From positions 38,688,001-38,752,000 of the forward strand of contig NC_043007.1 in NCBI RefSeq assembly GCF_006345805.1: a stretch of 64,000 nt of DNA, read 5' to 3'. The notes beneath the pieces were generated by a model that worked only from the letters and a program-made list of their open reading frames with translations, ran no database searches and was not told where the DNA came from. The translations under genes were made by a program, and so were the position numbers. Shown one piece after another: positions 13,959 through 27,243 of this stretch; the first letter of the stretch is position 1; the number at the start of each line of letters is the position of its first letter. Origin of the DNA: Octopus sinensis (taxonomy: Eukaryota).

Positions 13959-14887
13959 TAATTAGTGCTGTTTCTATTTCATATTTGGATTCATACTAGT
14001 TTGATGAGCTTACCCTGCTACACTGGCTTGACATAGCTTGATAGAGGAGTGCAGATTTTATACTCTTACCCTGAAGTAGTAAAGTCAATTACATCGACCC
14101 CAGTGCTCAACAGGTACTTATTTTATTGACCCCGAAAAGGATGAAAGGCAAAGTAGACCATGGTAGAATTTGAACTCAGAACAAAAAGACAGACAAAATA
14201 CCGCTAAGCATTTCACCTGGCAAGCCAACGATTCTCTCAGCTCACTGCTTTGTCATGCTTTATCTTAAAAGAAGAAGACAGCTAGCAGAAACGTTAAGAT
14301 GCCAGGCGAAATGCTTAGCTGTATTTCGTCTGCTGCTACGTTCTGATTTCAAATTCCACCGAGGTCAACTTTGCCTTTCATCCTTTCGGGGTCGATTAAA
14401 TAAGTACCAGTTATGCACTGGGGTCAATATAACCAACTTAATCTGTTTGTCTGACCTTGTTTGTCCCTTCTGTGTGTAGCCCCTTGTGGGCAGTAAAGAA
14501 ATTGGATAATGTATTTCTGATTATATTGTCTGGAATGATTTAATTAAAGCTTTACAGGGTGAGAGCTGACCAGGCATCAGGTAACTCCATAACATAAAAA
14601 AAGGCAGGATAAAGGGATTTGTCTAAAAGATAAAAACAACAGCATCAATAAGAATATAAGTTTTCTTTCTTTATTTCTTAGAATTCACCGGAATATTTAC
14701 AAATATCATCATATGAAACAGATGATAGATTTCTCTTGCTGAAATAAATTCAGCAGTTATTGTATGTATGTCTCTTCATAGTTTTCGCATTCACACCGCA
14801 CATGCATATAACATATGCACCCAAACACATACATATGCCACTGAGCAAGCCTGTATGTAGCGAAGTCTCCACCGTATCTTATCTTAC

Positions 14888-14890
14888 CGT
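14888..14890 (-). other. Candidate 3-nt microexon (ACG), host gene unknown
   Basis: cttattttgctcttttcag|ACG|gtaagat. Confidence 0.4.
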
Positions 14891-17344
14891 CTGAAAAGAG
14901 CAAAATAAGATGCATGGGATATTGTAGTCCCGGATATACAGTGACTAAAAATATAAGTGGTAGTGAGCGTCATGGGTTCAATATTTTTGATTGATATGTC
15001 TATTTGACAAGGGCTGACATGGCGTTCAACAACAATCACAACATATACAGAGGCACATGAATTCAACATACACACTTAATTACACACACACACACAAGCA
15101 CAATTACATACACATCATCATTTAACGTTCCTTATCCATGCCAGCATGGGTTGGACGGTTTCACAGGATCCAACGAGATGTAGGGTGATGTCAAGCACCA
15201 GTATTAGCTTTGGCACGGTTTCTATAACAGGATATCTTTCCTAATACCGATCCCTTTACATACAGTAACACACATTCTCTCTCTCTTGCGCCCCCCCCCC
15301 CGCCACAGATGCACATAATTACATGTTACACATACATATACTAACACACACACACACCAAACACATTATCACATTCAGATTCACAGATAACCCCATCCAA
15401 CAACATTTCCCCCCCCCTCTCTCTCTCTCTCTACACCTCCTACTGCATCAAGTTGTTATCATATCTTATTTATTGATCATTTACTGAATATCAAACATTG
15501 AATGTTTTGTTATCGTCTTCGTGAAATACCAACTCAAAACTTCCAGAGGCATGTAACAAATTTCTCAAATAAAAATGAGCTGAACTTTCATTTTCTCAAT
15601 AAGACAATGACTGTTGAGGTTCTGGTTGAATTTGATCGCAAGTTCAAGGTTTGAATACCTAACCATAGACCAAGATAATTATTGTGTAGTTAACAAGTCA
15701 ACGAGTGAACCAACGATCCAAATGGTAACTGGACACGCTAGAAATAGCAAACAAACAGGAACGACATATTAGATACATTTGAAAAAAAAAGATGGAATGG
15801 TCATGGCTGGACTGTCGCTTTGATCAGGGATGATCTGAAGCTAAACAACAATTGTGTGGTGTCCCTGAGCAAGGTACATAGCTCTGCTTTCTTTCAATCT
15901 ACCTGACTGTTAAAAATTAATTTCCAATCTCGACTTCATATAGAGGAGTGGTTACATGTTGGAAAGACATAGCTGTCGGTGGGAGAAAAATAAGCACATG
16001 TAAATATGGAAAATATTGTCATCATCATCATCGTCGTCATTTAATATTAGGCACAAATTTTTTTTTCCTTTATAAATTTGCTATGGCTATTGTATGTACA
16101 TTTGTAGCCAATTTACAATGGTAAATTTAAAGGCAAGTTGAGTCATATATTTAGCATCTTGGCATCAAAATGTTATTACTGCTAACAGAGTCAGTAGCAT
16201 GATATTTTATGCCCTTTAGTCTCCATGTTTCCGGATCATTAGTTATTTATTACATAAGGGTGGATGACGACAGAGCTGGTAGACAATCAACCAGGGTGAT
16301 TTTAATTTCCCCAAGTTTGGTGTTCATTACTGCTACTGCTGGTATTAATATTGTTGTTATCGAAAGTTCAAAGTTCAAACATTGCACAGAGCAGATGGAA
16401 TTTGCATTTTATTTCATTCATTCTTTCATATCTGATTAAAGTAAAATTTTTAGTAAGGTATTAGTCTGTTCTCGTAACACGACAATATATGTTCCATATA
16501 TTGCACTTAAAGTAATTTATTACAACTGTTTCCACTGCCACCGCCATCATTATTTTCATCATCATCATCATCATCATCATCACTATCACCACCACCGCCA
16601 CCATCATCATCGTTGTCACTGAGGGTGCAAATAATGTATGCTGGAGATAATGCTGAAGGTGAGTGTAGGGCTGTTTTGGATAAGTCAACTGCTGGGACTG
16701 CCTGAAGTTAATTCCTGTTCTTTTTACATATGTGGCTGTAGCTGGTCCCTTTAATAAAGGCATCAATGTCACACAATCTCATTCCACTATTTGTTTTTAA
16801 ACAAAAGTTAAAAAAAAAAAAGAATCAGGCTGGATGGATGTCTGTGTTGATAATGTCTCAAGCAACCAAGTAAGAATTTGTGGTTCGTATCCAATCACCA
16901 GTACATGGGTCAAAATATATTCAATTTTCAGTTGTTTAAGTCTGGTTGCTAATGTAAAAAAAAAAAAAAAAACAACGAAAAAAACACCATTATTATGGGT
17001 GAACCAATATTGTAGAATCATCAAAGAATAGTTTCTGGATTGGTATCAGTTATAGAAATTAATTTATCAGTTCCTTTGGGAAATGCATAAATACCATATC
17101 ACCCAATTCATCCATTCATACTTTGTTGGGTACATACTACCTTTTTTAAAAACGAAATAAATATTCTTTTTTTAATTTAAAATAAAAACTGGGCTGAAGT
17201 TCAAACTTCCATAACTTTTTTATCCTTTATAATGTTAGGTGTTTTAGATGTCGTTTCAGAAGTACAAAAGTTTGTTTCTTCATTTCAGGGATTTTTACTT
17301 TGTTGCTGGTTCAGTTTCTCAAACTTTTAACATTTCCAGAAGAT

Positions 17345-18517
17345 TCATGTCACTAAATTATCCACAGGGGTTGTTATATCAGGAATATGGAAAAGCTTCT
17401 TGGTTGCAAAATGGGATTTTTGTGTGTCACTCTCTGTAATTCTGGTTTGTGGTAAATTTAATAGGGGACAAAAGAAGCAGGTTTTTCTTTTCTTGTGAAT
17501 TGCATGAAGGAAAGCTTCATATTCATAGCAGCAGCTTTGAATTTTGTTTTGATAAACTGGTAATATGGTAAATGTGGGAAGAGTGGCACTGTGTAAGGGC
17601 TTTTTGATGATTTCATTAATTAACTGTCTCTTGTATTTCAAACACTGTTCATAGATATTCCTGCAGATGAGTTTCAATGCAGAACGAAATTGCGAGTTAT
17701 TGTAGGAGTAGATCCATGGATTCAAAATGCAGTTGAAAATAGCTAAATAAAGTAGACCAGTCCGAAATCTCTTCATGGTTTTCAAATTGGTTGCACTCTC
17801 AAAAACCACACACATTTGAAAAGGAAACCAAAGTAGAAAAGCACAGATGATACAGGCAATAGTTTTGGCATATTTTGTTTTTCTACATGCTAAGCTACCA
17901 TTGTGATTCAGTGAAATCTCCAGAGCTGCTATCATCTCACTGTGGCGTTTTGCGATTCCATATATCTTATAGTAGCAGAAAAACGTCACAAGACATACTG
18001 GAATAAAGACTGCAACAAAAAACAGTGCATATGTATTTTTCAAAATGACTTGAAGGAGAAAAATATTATCATCAAATAACAAGAGTCCATTTGTCTCCCA
18101 TTCAATAAGAAATGGTGTCCATGCTACAACAGTACAATAGAAAACCGTGAGGGCAATCAAGTAGAGTGTCCTTTTTATTGTGACATTTGCCTTATAGGAA
18201 AGCGGCTTCATCAGAGTCTGGAAGCGATTGAAAGCTATCAAGCACTGGGCACTGAGAGAAGCACCAGACATATTTATCAGCATTTGGTTTGAGACTAAAT
18301 AAAGGGGACGGTATGATTCCATGACAGCAAATGGCAGGCAAAACGCAAGAGTGATGTCAAAGCATGCTAGAATGAGTACTGCGATATAGGTGGCAGTTTG
18401 AAGCTGTTTGCTGTATAGGATACATATGATTACTACAATGTTTCCCAGAAGAATAAGTAAGATAAGGACTATTGGTACCAGTAAGGAGACCAATGATAAC
18501 AAGTTTAGATTCTCCAT
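17345..18517 (-). CDS. Intronless class A (rhodopsin-like) orphan GPCR, 390 aa
   Basis: Seven hydrophobic segments with GN (TM1), LACFD (TM2), NRF in place of DRY (TM3), W in TM4, Y in TM5, LWFP (TM6), NPWIY (TM7) and helix 8 FR. The first in-frame ATG is at 18517 (ACTATGG). The ORF-track start at 18622 is a TTG just after an in-frame TAA. Confidence 0.93.
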   Translation of the reverse strand: MENLNLLSLVSLLVPIVLILLILLGNIVVIICILYSKQLQTATYIAVLILACFDITLAFCLPFAVMESYRPLYLVSNQMLINMSGASLSAQCLIAFNRFQTLMKPLSYKANVTIKRTLYLIALTVFYCTVVAWTPFLIEWETNGLLLFDDNIFLLQVILKNTYALFFVAVFIPVCLVTFFCYYKIYGIAKRHSEMIAALEISLNHNGSLACRKTKYAKTIACIICAFLLWFPFQMCVVFESATNLKTMKRFRTGLLYLAIFNCILNPWIYSYNNSQFRSALKLICRNIYEQCLKYKRQLINEIIKKPLHSATLPTFTILPVYQNKIQSCCYEYEAFLHAIHKKRKTCFFCPLLNLPQTRITESDTQKSHFATKKLFHIPDITTPVDNLVT

Positions 18518-20052
18518 AGTTGCAAAATTTTCTTTAAACTTTCTAATTTTTTCTTTTTCTTTGTTTTTTTTTTTAAGTTTCACAAGACATAATTCTGGTT
18601 TCTGTCTTTTGATTCTTCTCAAATGCCTCTTTTACTAAAATAAAATAAAAAAAGAAAAATTCCAACTTCTTTGAAGATTTGTTTTGGTTGTTTCTCATTC
18701 TCTATTCTGTTGATTCTGACATTATCATTTTGGTCCAGAATAAGAAACCTGCAAAATATATAAAAGAATGATGAAGACTTCTAGAAGCATTAGAAAAAAA
18801 ATTATAGCTGGAAAAACAACAAGAAGGAAATTAATGTGTGTGTGTGTGTGTGTTATTATTAAGGCAAAAGTAACAAGCTGGCAGAGATTTCAAATTTGGG
18901 CACAACGCTACCAACTTCGGAGAACAGACTAAGTCAATTACACCGACCCTCATTGCTTGACTGGTACTTATTTTACTGACCCTGAAAGGATGAAAGGCAA
19001 AGTTGATCATGGCAGAATTTGAACCCAGAACATAAAGACAGATAAAGTGCCGCTAAGCATTTTGTCCAGCGTGTTAACGGTTTGGTCAGCTCTTTGCCTT
19101 AATAATAATAATGGTTTTAAATTTTGGCAGAAGGCCAGCAATTTCAGAGAAAGTTGATTACAATGACCCCAGTGTTCGACTGATACTTATTTTATTGACC
19201 CCGAAAGGATGAAAGGCAAAGTCAACCTCAGAGGTATTTGAACTCAGAATGTGAAGATGGGTGAAATGCTGCTAAACATTTCTTATAATGATTTTGAAGA
19301 GGCTGATGGGTTTTTTAAGTGGGTGAAAATTTGTCCCTGCATTTTTCCAAGAGTAGCATGTATTAAGGGGTCCCAGTTCAATAAAGCAAATCTAAGGCAA
19401 AAAATAAAGAAATATTAAAAAAGTAAAAATGAAATCCTTACTCTCTACACATGCAAGAGTATGTATATGTTGTTTATGTGTGTGTGTGTGTGCGTGTATG
19501 TGTGTGTGCGTGTATGTGTGGGTGTGTGTATAGGGTTGAGAGAAAGAAAGAAAGAGGAAAATGAGAGATTTAAGATGTTGGAGTAAGAAGTAAAAGCAAA
19601 GGAAAGATTAAATGAAAGTGAGAGAGAAGGATCCAGCTACGAGAGAATAGATAGACAGACAGATAGATAGATAGCAAGATAGATAGATAGATGGATGAAT
19701 GGCTAGATGGCTAGGTAGAGACAGAAAAAACATGAGAAGGTAAAGAGAGGGTAATAAAAAGATGAGATAAGAGCTAGTTAAGAAATAGGAGAAAAAGAGA
19801 GAGTGCACAGAAGGAGAGAGAGGTAGAGAGATAGTAGGAAAGAGGGTTAGAGAGATAGAGATAGAGAGAAGGAAGTAGACAGAGAGAGGGAGAGATGAAA
19901 TGTAAAAAAAAAAAATGGAGAGGGGAAAAGTAGGTTTCTTTTATCTCTCTACTAAGCAACACTAGTTTAAGCAAACAGTTGAGTAAGAATGAACACACAC
20001 ACACACGCACATACACAGACAAGTACACTGAAGCACACGCACTCATACATAC

Positions 20053-20083
20053 CCTCAGAGGTGCAGTAGTTCTTTGTTATTGA
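20053..20083 (-). other. Candidate 31-nt internal exon, possibly GPCR 5'UTR
   Basis: About 85-nt AG-free pyrimidine tract ending gtgcaag|, then TCAATAACAAAGAACTACTGCACCTCTGAGG|gtatgt. Confidence 0.5.
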
Positions 20084-21149
20084 CTTGCACCAGGACAAGA
20101 CGTGCAAGAAGGCAAGGGAAAGGAAATGTGAGGTGAGATCAGGGGTAACAGGAAGAGGGGGAAAAATACTTATTCACTCTTTCTCTCTCTCTCTCTCTCT
20201 TTCTCTTTCTCCTCTGCTGATCCTCTCATCAAACATAATTTATTTTGGAACAAGTCCTTTACTCCTTTTTTTGCCCCCTCTCCACCCCACTCTCTCTCTC
20301 TCTCTTGCTTTTTCTGCATTCTTCAACTTTTCTGATCCGCCAGTCACACTTTGGTGGCGGGATAAATTTCTTTTGAGGTCCCTCTCTTTACCAACTCCTG
20401 CTCCTTTTTTATTTTATTTTATTTTTTTTTGCACTGACCTAAAGTCACCTTACACGACAAAAAAACCCCAGATTATAAGGGGTTTAGGTATACAAAAGAA
20501 ATAAACATAAAACAAACAACACAAAACAATATCAAAATAAATAAATAGAAAGTGTAGGACGTTGTGGGTGTCAGGACTTAGTGGGGACAGTACTATTGGG
20601 GTAGATGGTAGAGGGGTTGGAAGATAAAGGGATTAAGGTTTTTTAATTTTTGTTTTCCTAAATGAAATATTTCTTATTGTGATTTCTTACCCATTTTTTT
20701 TTTTTGAAGGATTAAGATACGTTTGAGGATTTTCTCATTCAGAACAAAAAGAACGATAGAAATAATTCACTCTTTGACATTTAACCAGCCATATCCAGCT
20801 CAAATATGCCTCCTGTTTTAAGTTCAAACTGGCCAGGTCTAGCCTCTCACACCTACCCTACAATGTCATCCAAAAAATAGACAATCACATTATCATAATC
20901 TCAAAGCTCTGATACAATACATGATTAATTCAAAACAATATGAATAAATAAGCTTTACATTTGACAGAATAATTTAAACACTAAAGAATTAAACAAACAC
21001 CTTCTAAAGTAATGGAAAACAACTCCCCACATTAATATTACTATTCTGTGTAATACCAAAATGTTACCTAATGCAATAAATTATAGAGAGATTGGGAACA
21101 AAGCTGGCTTCAGTGGGAGTGGAGGTGGAATTATGATTAATTCAGATGA

Positions 21150-22160
21150 GTTGAAAGCTTTCAATGAAGTCAACCTTCATTTCCTGATCCCTCTCTGAAA
21201 GTAGCTGGCTTGCAATCTGGATCACTGGTTTTCAGCCCCCTCTTGCTTATCATAGTCCTCCAGGCCATAAAAAAGGAATTCAAGACTGGCTTCCCCTAGG
21301 AGTTCCTCTACACTGATGACCTTGTCCTTATAGCGGAATCACTACCAGAACTAGAAAAGAAATTTCAGGTGTGGAAGCAAGGTCTGGAATCAAAGGGCCT
21401 TAGAGTTAAATTAGCAAAGACCAAAGTCCTAGTAAGTAGGAAAACAGACAAATCACAAATCCTTTCAAGGAGATAAACCTGCTTGATATGTAGGAAGGGT
21501 GTTGCTAGAAACTCCTTATGTTGTACCCAGTGCAAGCTATGGCCACATAGGGTGTGTAGCAATATTGCAAGAAGGTTAACAGAGAAAATAATCTTTGTGT
21601 GGAAAATGTGCATGTACAACAAACACTAAGAATGTGCAGAGAATAGACCTCCCCAAATGCTCATGGGGGATCGGGGATCATTAGAAGTAGTAAGTAGGAG
21701 TAGCTTCAGTTACCGAGTAGCAGTGGAGGAGGAAGTTGCTAGAATAAGAATGGGCTGGGCAAAGTTCAGAGAGCTACTACCTTTGTTAGTAATGAAGGGC
21801 CTCTCCCTCAAAGTGAAAGGCGGATTGTATGATGCTTGTGTATGTACAACTATGCTACATGGCAGTGAAGCATGGGTGATGACTACAGAGAACATGTGAA
21901 AGCTTGAAAGAAATAAAGCCAGTGTGCATGTATGACAGAGTGTAAATGATTTAAGGTGCGTATCGATGAGGATAGCTGCATGAAGAAGTGTTGATCTTTA
22001 ATTGTGGAAAGAACTGTGGAAGGGGTAGACCCAAGAAGACATGGGGTGAAGTAGTGAGAAAGGGTCTTCAGACACTGGGTCTCATTGATGAGATGACAAA
22101 GGACTGGGACTTGTGGTGACTTGCTGTACTTGAGAAGACATGTGAGGCTAAGTAAAATCG
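21150..22160 (+). mobile_element. 5'-truncated RTE-clade LINE fragment
   Basis: ELLYTDDLVL, GLRVKLAKTKVL, ARIRMGWAKFRELLPLL, LYDACVCTTMLHGSEAW; stops and frameshifts. Confidence 0.9.
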
Positions 22161-23984
22161 TGGCCATCCACGTGCTAACATTTCTGCCAGCTCACCGCCT
22201 TAACTTATATTTTATGGAATATTCTAAACTCATATTCTATGGAGCTAAAGTTTGCTTTCTTCCTACAAGGTTTGATGTAAAGTACTGCCCAAGCCCTTCC
22301 ACAAATGTACTGTCCCTGGTGTTTATATAAGAAATTATTATCTTAATTTATTTCTGTTAAGCCAGTAATGAATTGGCAAAATTGGTTGAATTACGACCTA
22401 ATTGCATAGCAGTGTTTAATTATGTCCCTTTATTTTCTGAGTTCAATCTCTATTTGAGTCGGCTTTGCCTTACCAGTGATTGATAAAATTAGTAGTAGAC
22501 TTAATATAGTCAACTGTATGACTTGGGCAATTAGTTCATTCTTTTATCAGATTACTCAGTCAAATGCAATGCTTATCTATTCACATTATTTTGAACTTAA
22601 TCATGATTTTATCTTGTAGCTTTAAGATTTCGATGGTGCAATTACTCTTTTTTACTCCTTACTCTTTTACTTGTTTCAGTTATTTGACTGTGGCCATGTT
22701 GGAGCACCACCTTTAGTCGAGCAAATCGACACCAGAACTTATTCTATGTAAGCCTAGTATTATTTTATCAATCTCTTTTGCTGATTCACTAAGTTACGGG
22801 GACGTAAACACACCAGCATCAGTTGTCAAGCGATGTTGGGGGGACAAACACAGACACACAAACATATACACACACACATACATACATATACATATATATA
22901 TAATAACAATTTAATAAATAAAACATATGCATACATACATAGATATATGTACAAACCTACATCTATATGTATATATACATGCATATATGAGTACAGGACA
23001 CCACAAATAAATGTAGAACACAACGAGAAACGAAAACATAAAATCAAACAAGGAAACGGACTTTTTTTAACACACACATATATATGATGGGCTTCTTTCA
23101 GTTTCTGTCTATCAAATCCACTCACAAGGCTTTGGTCGGCCTGAGGCTATAGTAGAAGATACTTGCCCAAGGTGCCACGCAGTGGGACTGAACCCGGCAT
23201 CATGTTGTTCGTAAGCAAGCTACTTACCACACAGCCACTCCTGCACCTATTTTTTTTTTTTTTTTAGAAAAGCATTGTAGGGGTAGGTATGAGAGGCTGG
23301 ATCTGGTTGATTTGGTCATAAAACAGGTAGAATATTTGGGCTAGATATGGCTTGTTTAAATGCTAAAGAGTCATAATGATCATGAAGACACGAGTTCCAA
23401 CTTCTGTAGTTGGGAAGTACTTTTTGAGATACATTATTGTTACACATTGAAACCCCTATAACAAATATGGCTAACCCATTTAGAAATTAAAAACATGACA
23501 TTGAAATGAAAACAACATAAGGTAAGAAACAGCTTACAACAAAAACATATACAAGAAAAAACAAAACTAAATAAACATAGATGTTCCATTATCAGCTGCC
23601 TGTCACAAATCCTTATATTAACTTCAATGTAAACAATAACATATCCAATCTGGCAGATATGACAATGAATATCTGATTGCCATTGTTTTTTGACATCAGA
23701 TAATACTTCTTCCCTTCTGACCAGTGGTTCTCAGCTGGGGTCCAGATGACCCTTAGGGGTCCATATGAGATTTTGTTACTGACGTTTATGTGCAATAAAT
23801 TGGTCAAAAGGGTAAAGACCTAGAATTTCCAAATGTAACTGGGAATGCAATTATTTTTATTAGTCACCTTTGCCTTTAATTCTTTTGGGGTTGATGAAAT
23901 AAGAACCAGTTACATACTGGGGTTGGTGTCATTGACTATGCCCCTCTCCCCAAAATTGCAGGCCTTGTGCCTCTGGTAGAAAGG

Positions 23985-23985
23985 A

Positions 23986-24026
<41 letters not shown>

Positions 24027-24159
24027 TATAGGGAGAATTCACAAAAAAAACCAAAGACGAAGACAGGTGGTGTAGACAACAAACAAATGTATATGTATAA
24101 TGCCTGGGAAGTGAAAAAGTCTTTAACGTTTCGAGCCTACGCTCTTCCACAGAAAGGAA

Positions 24160-24214
<55 letters not shown>

Positions 24215-24315
24215 ACATATATATACATATATACATATATACATACATACATATTACATACACATATAATTATATACATATATATACACACATATATATT
24301 TATATACATACATAC

Positions 24316-24370
<55 letters not shown>

Positions 24371-24423
24371 CATATATATAAATATATATATACATATATA
24401 TATGTATATATACATACTTTATA

Positions 24424-24454
<31 letters not shown>

Positions 24455-24907
24455 ACATATATATATATACACACACATATATATATATATATATTATATA
24501 TATATTATATACATATATATATAAATATAAATATATAAATATAATTAAAAAGTAAAGATTAAGTAAATATATATATATCAACACATATGTATAATATGTT
24601 TATTTATATGTTTATATATATATATATTTATATATATAAACATGGCCACGGTCAAATGACTGAAGCAAGTAAAAGTAAAAGTATATGTGTGTGTGTGTGT
24701 GTGTGTCTGTATGAATGCATGTGTGCTTGTTTGTGAAGAACATAAAAATGAAGTGAGATATCAAAAACTTAGTGAACTATGTTGAAAAGTTATAAGAGTT
24801 CCTCATAAATCCTTGTCGGTTTGTTGTTAAAGCTTTCCAACCATGACCATACCGTTCTTTTTTTGTTTTACAAACATAATCTATTTTGAAATGCATATAC
24901 ATGTGTT

Positions 24908-24956
<49 letters not shown>

Positions 24957-24991
24957 TATCTATCTATATCTATATATGTGTGTGTATATAT

Positions 24992-25022
<31 letters not shown>

Positions 25023-25023
25023 A

Positions 25024-25097
<74 letters not shown>

Positions 25098-25136
25098 GTA
25101 TATATATATATTATATATATATATACATATATATAA

Positions 25137-25180
<44 letters not shown>

Positions 25181-25181
25181 G

Positions 25182-25214
<33 letters not shown>

Positions 25215-25222
25215 TATAAATG

Positions 25223-25273
<51 letters not shown>

Positions 25274-25410
25274 GGTCCCGGGTTGATTCGGGGTTAACCA
25301 CAGTAAATAAGGTACTCAATATAGCAGAGTAAAATTAATTTATTATTGAGCTTCCTGAAGATTTCTCTTGAATGAAACAGTTCTAGTCCTGTAGAAGCTC
25401 CTTCTATATA

Positions 25411-25503
<93 letters not shown>

Positions 25504-25532
25504 ATATATATATTATATGTTATATATATATA

Positions 25533-25565
<33 letters not shown>

Positions 25566-25580
25566 ATATATATATATATA
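23985..25580. repeat. Large (TA)n/(TACA)n/(TATC)n microsatellite field
   Basis: Seen directly; periodic AAATG interruptions at 25020-25225. Confidence 0.95.
25348..25400 (+). ncRNA. Type I hammerhead ribozyme, intact core
   Basis: GAGCTTC-CTGAAGA-TTTCTCTTGAAT-GAAA-CAG-ttctagtc-CTG-TA-GAAGCTC: 7-bp stem I, stem II, 4-bp stem III, GUA cleavage triplet. Confidence 0.75.
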
Positions 25581-26714
25581 AGGTGTGGCTGTGTGGTAGA
25601 AGCCTGCTTCCTAATTACATGGTTCTGGTTTCAGTGCCACTGCATGGCGCTTTGGGCAAGTGACTTCTATTATAGCTTTAGGTTGATCAAAGCCTTGAGT
25701 GAATTTGGTAGATGGAAACTGAAAGAAGCCCATCGTGTATACATATGTGTCTGTAGATCTGAGTGAGTATGTCTTTGTGTCTGTGTTTGTCCTCCCCATC
25801 ACTGCTTGACGCTCGGTGTTGGTGCCCATAACATAGCAGTTTGGCAAAAGAGACTAATAAGTATTAAGCTTAAAAAATAAGTCCTAGTGTCGATTTGTTT
25901 GACTAAAACCCTTCAGAGCGGTACTCCAGCATGGTCGCAGTCAAATGACTGAAACAAGTAAAAGAATAAGAGAATACACACACACATACACACACACACA
26001 GATACATATATACACAGATGTATATATATTCATATGTATGTTATGAAATGTATGTATGTATTATGTATATATATATATATAATATATGTATGTATGTGTG
26101 GTGTGTGTGTGTGTAATGTTTCCTTATTTTGGATGGTAAGGTGAGATATTTTGGAATGGCCTTTGCATATATTATATAAGTGCATTGTGATGTGATGTAA
26201 GGAATAAGCGGAGATATTTGTTACCTTTTAGATTTGGTCCCTTAATATGGCGGAGTTTTTTTTTTCCCCCAAATTGTTTTAGCAGAACAAAAGTATCCAA
26301 GCTGCTCAAAGGTGAAAAATCGAGTGTCTGACTAATAAGAATTGTCTTATGATGTTGACATGAGACACAGGTGGACAAACAGAGAGAGAGATGAGAGAAA
26401 GAGAGAGAGAGAGAGAGGGAGGGAGAGAGAGAGGGGGGAGAGAAAGAAAGAAAGAGAGAGAGAGACAAAGAAAGAGAGACCAAATAACTGACTGACTGAT
26501 GGACAGACAGGCAGACAGACAGACAAACAGACAGACAGACAAACAGACAGGCAGGCAGAGATAGACAGACAAATTCTTGGGCTAAAGTTTTGCACTGAAA
26601 TGTATCCCTTGTCCCCGCATCCACGCATCCCCTGTCCACCATTTCTCCATCTACTGTGGTGAGGAGTAAAGGGGATTAAGACAATAAGAACAGCAACAAC
26701 AAAATAATAAAACT

Positions 26715-26754
26715 AATGATGAAGATGATGATGATGATGATGACAACAATGATG

Positions 26755-26785
<31 letters not shown>

Positions 26786-26874
26786 CAACAATAATAATAA
26801 CAACAACGACAATAATAATAATAATAACAATAACGACAATAATAATAATAACGACAATAATAATAATAATAATG

Positions 26875-26908
<34 letters not shown>

Positions 26909-27061
26909 TAATAATAATAATAATAATAACAACAACAATAATAATAATGATAATAATAACAATAATAATAATAATAATAATAATAACAACGTTGACAATA
27001 ATAATAATAATGATGATGATAATAATAATAATAATAAATAATAATAATAATGATGATGATG

Positions 27062-27096
<35 letters not shown>

Positions 27097-27195
27097 TAAT
27101 AATAACAATAATAATTATAATAAATAATAATAATAACAATAATAATAATAATAATAAGAAGAAGAATAACAACAACGATAATAATAATGATGATG

Positions 27196-27226
<31 letters not shown>

Positions 27227-27243
27227 CAACAACAACAACGACA
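26715..27243. repeat. (AAT)n/(GAT)n/(AAC)n trinucleotide array
   Basis: Seen directly. Confidence 0.97.

Noticed and set aside
14682-14761. Plus-strand acceptor and donor pair
   Set aside because: Stops occur in all three frames; it cannot be supported as more than a possible non-coding exon.
18518-18622. Basic N-terminal extension of the GPCR in the ORF track
   Set aside because: It starts at TTG after an in-frame stop and runs through an A-rich tract, so it is treated as 5'UTR.
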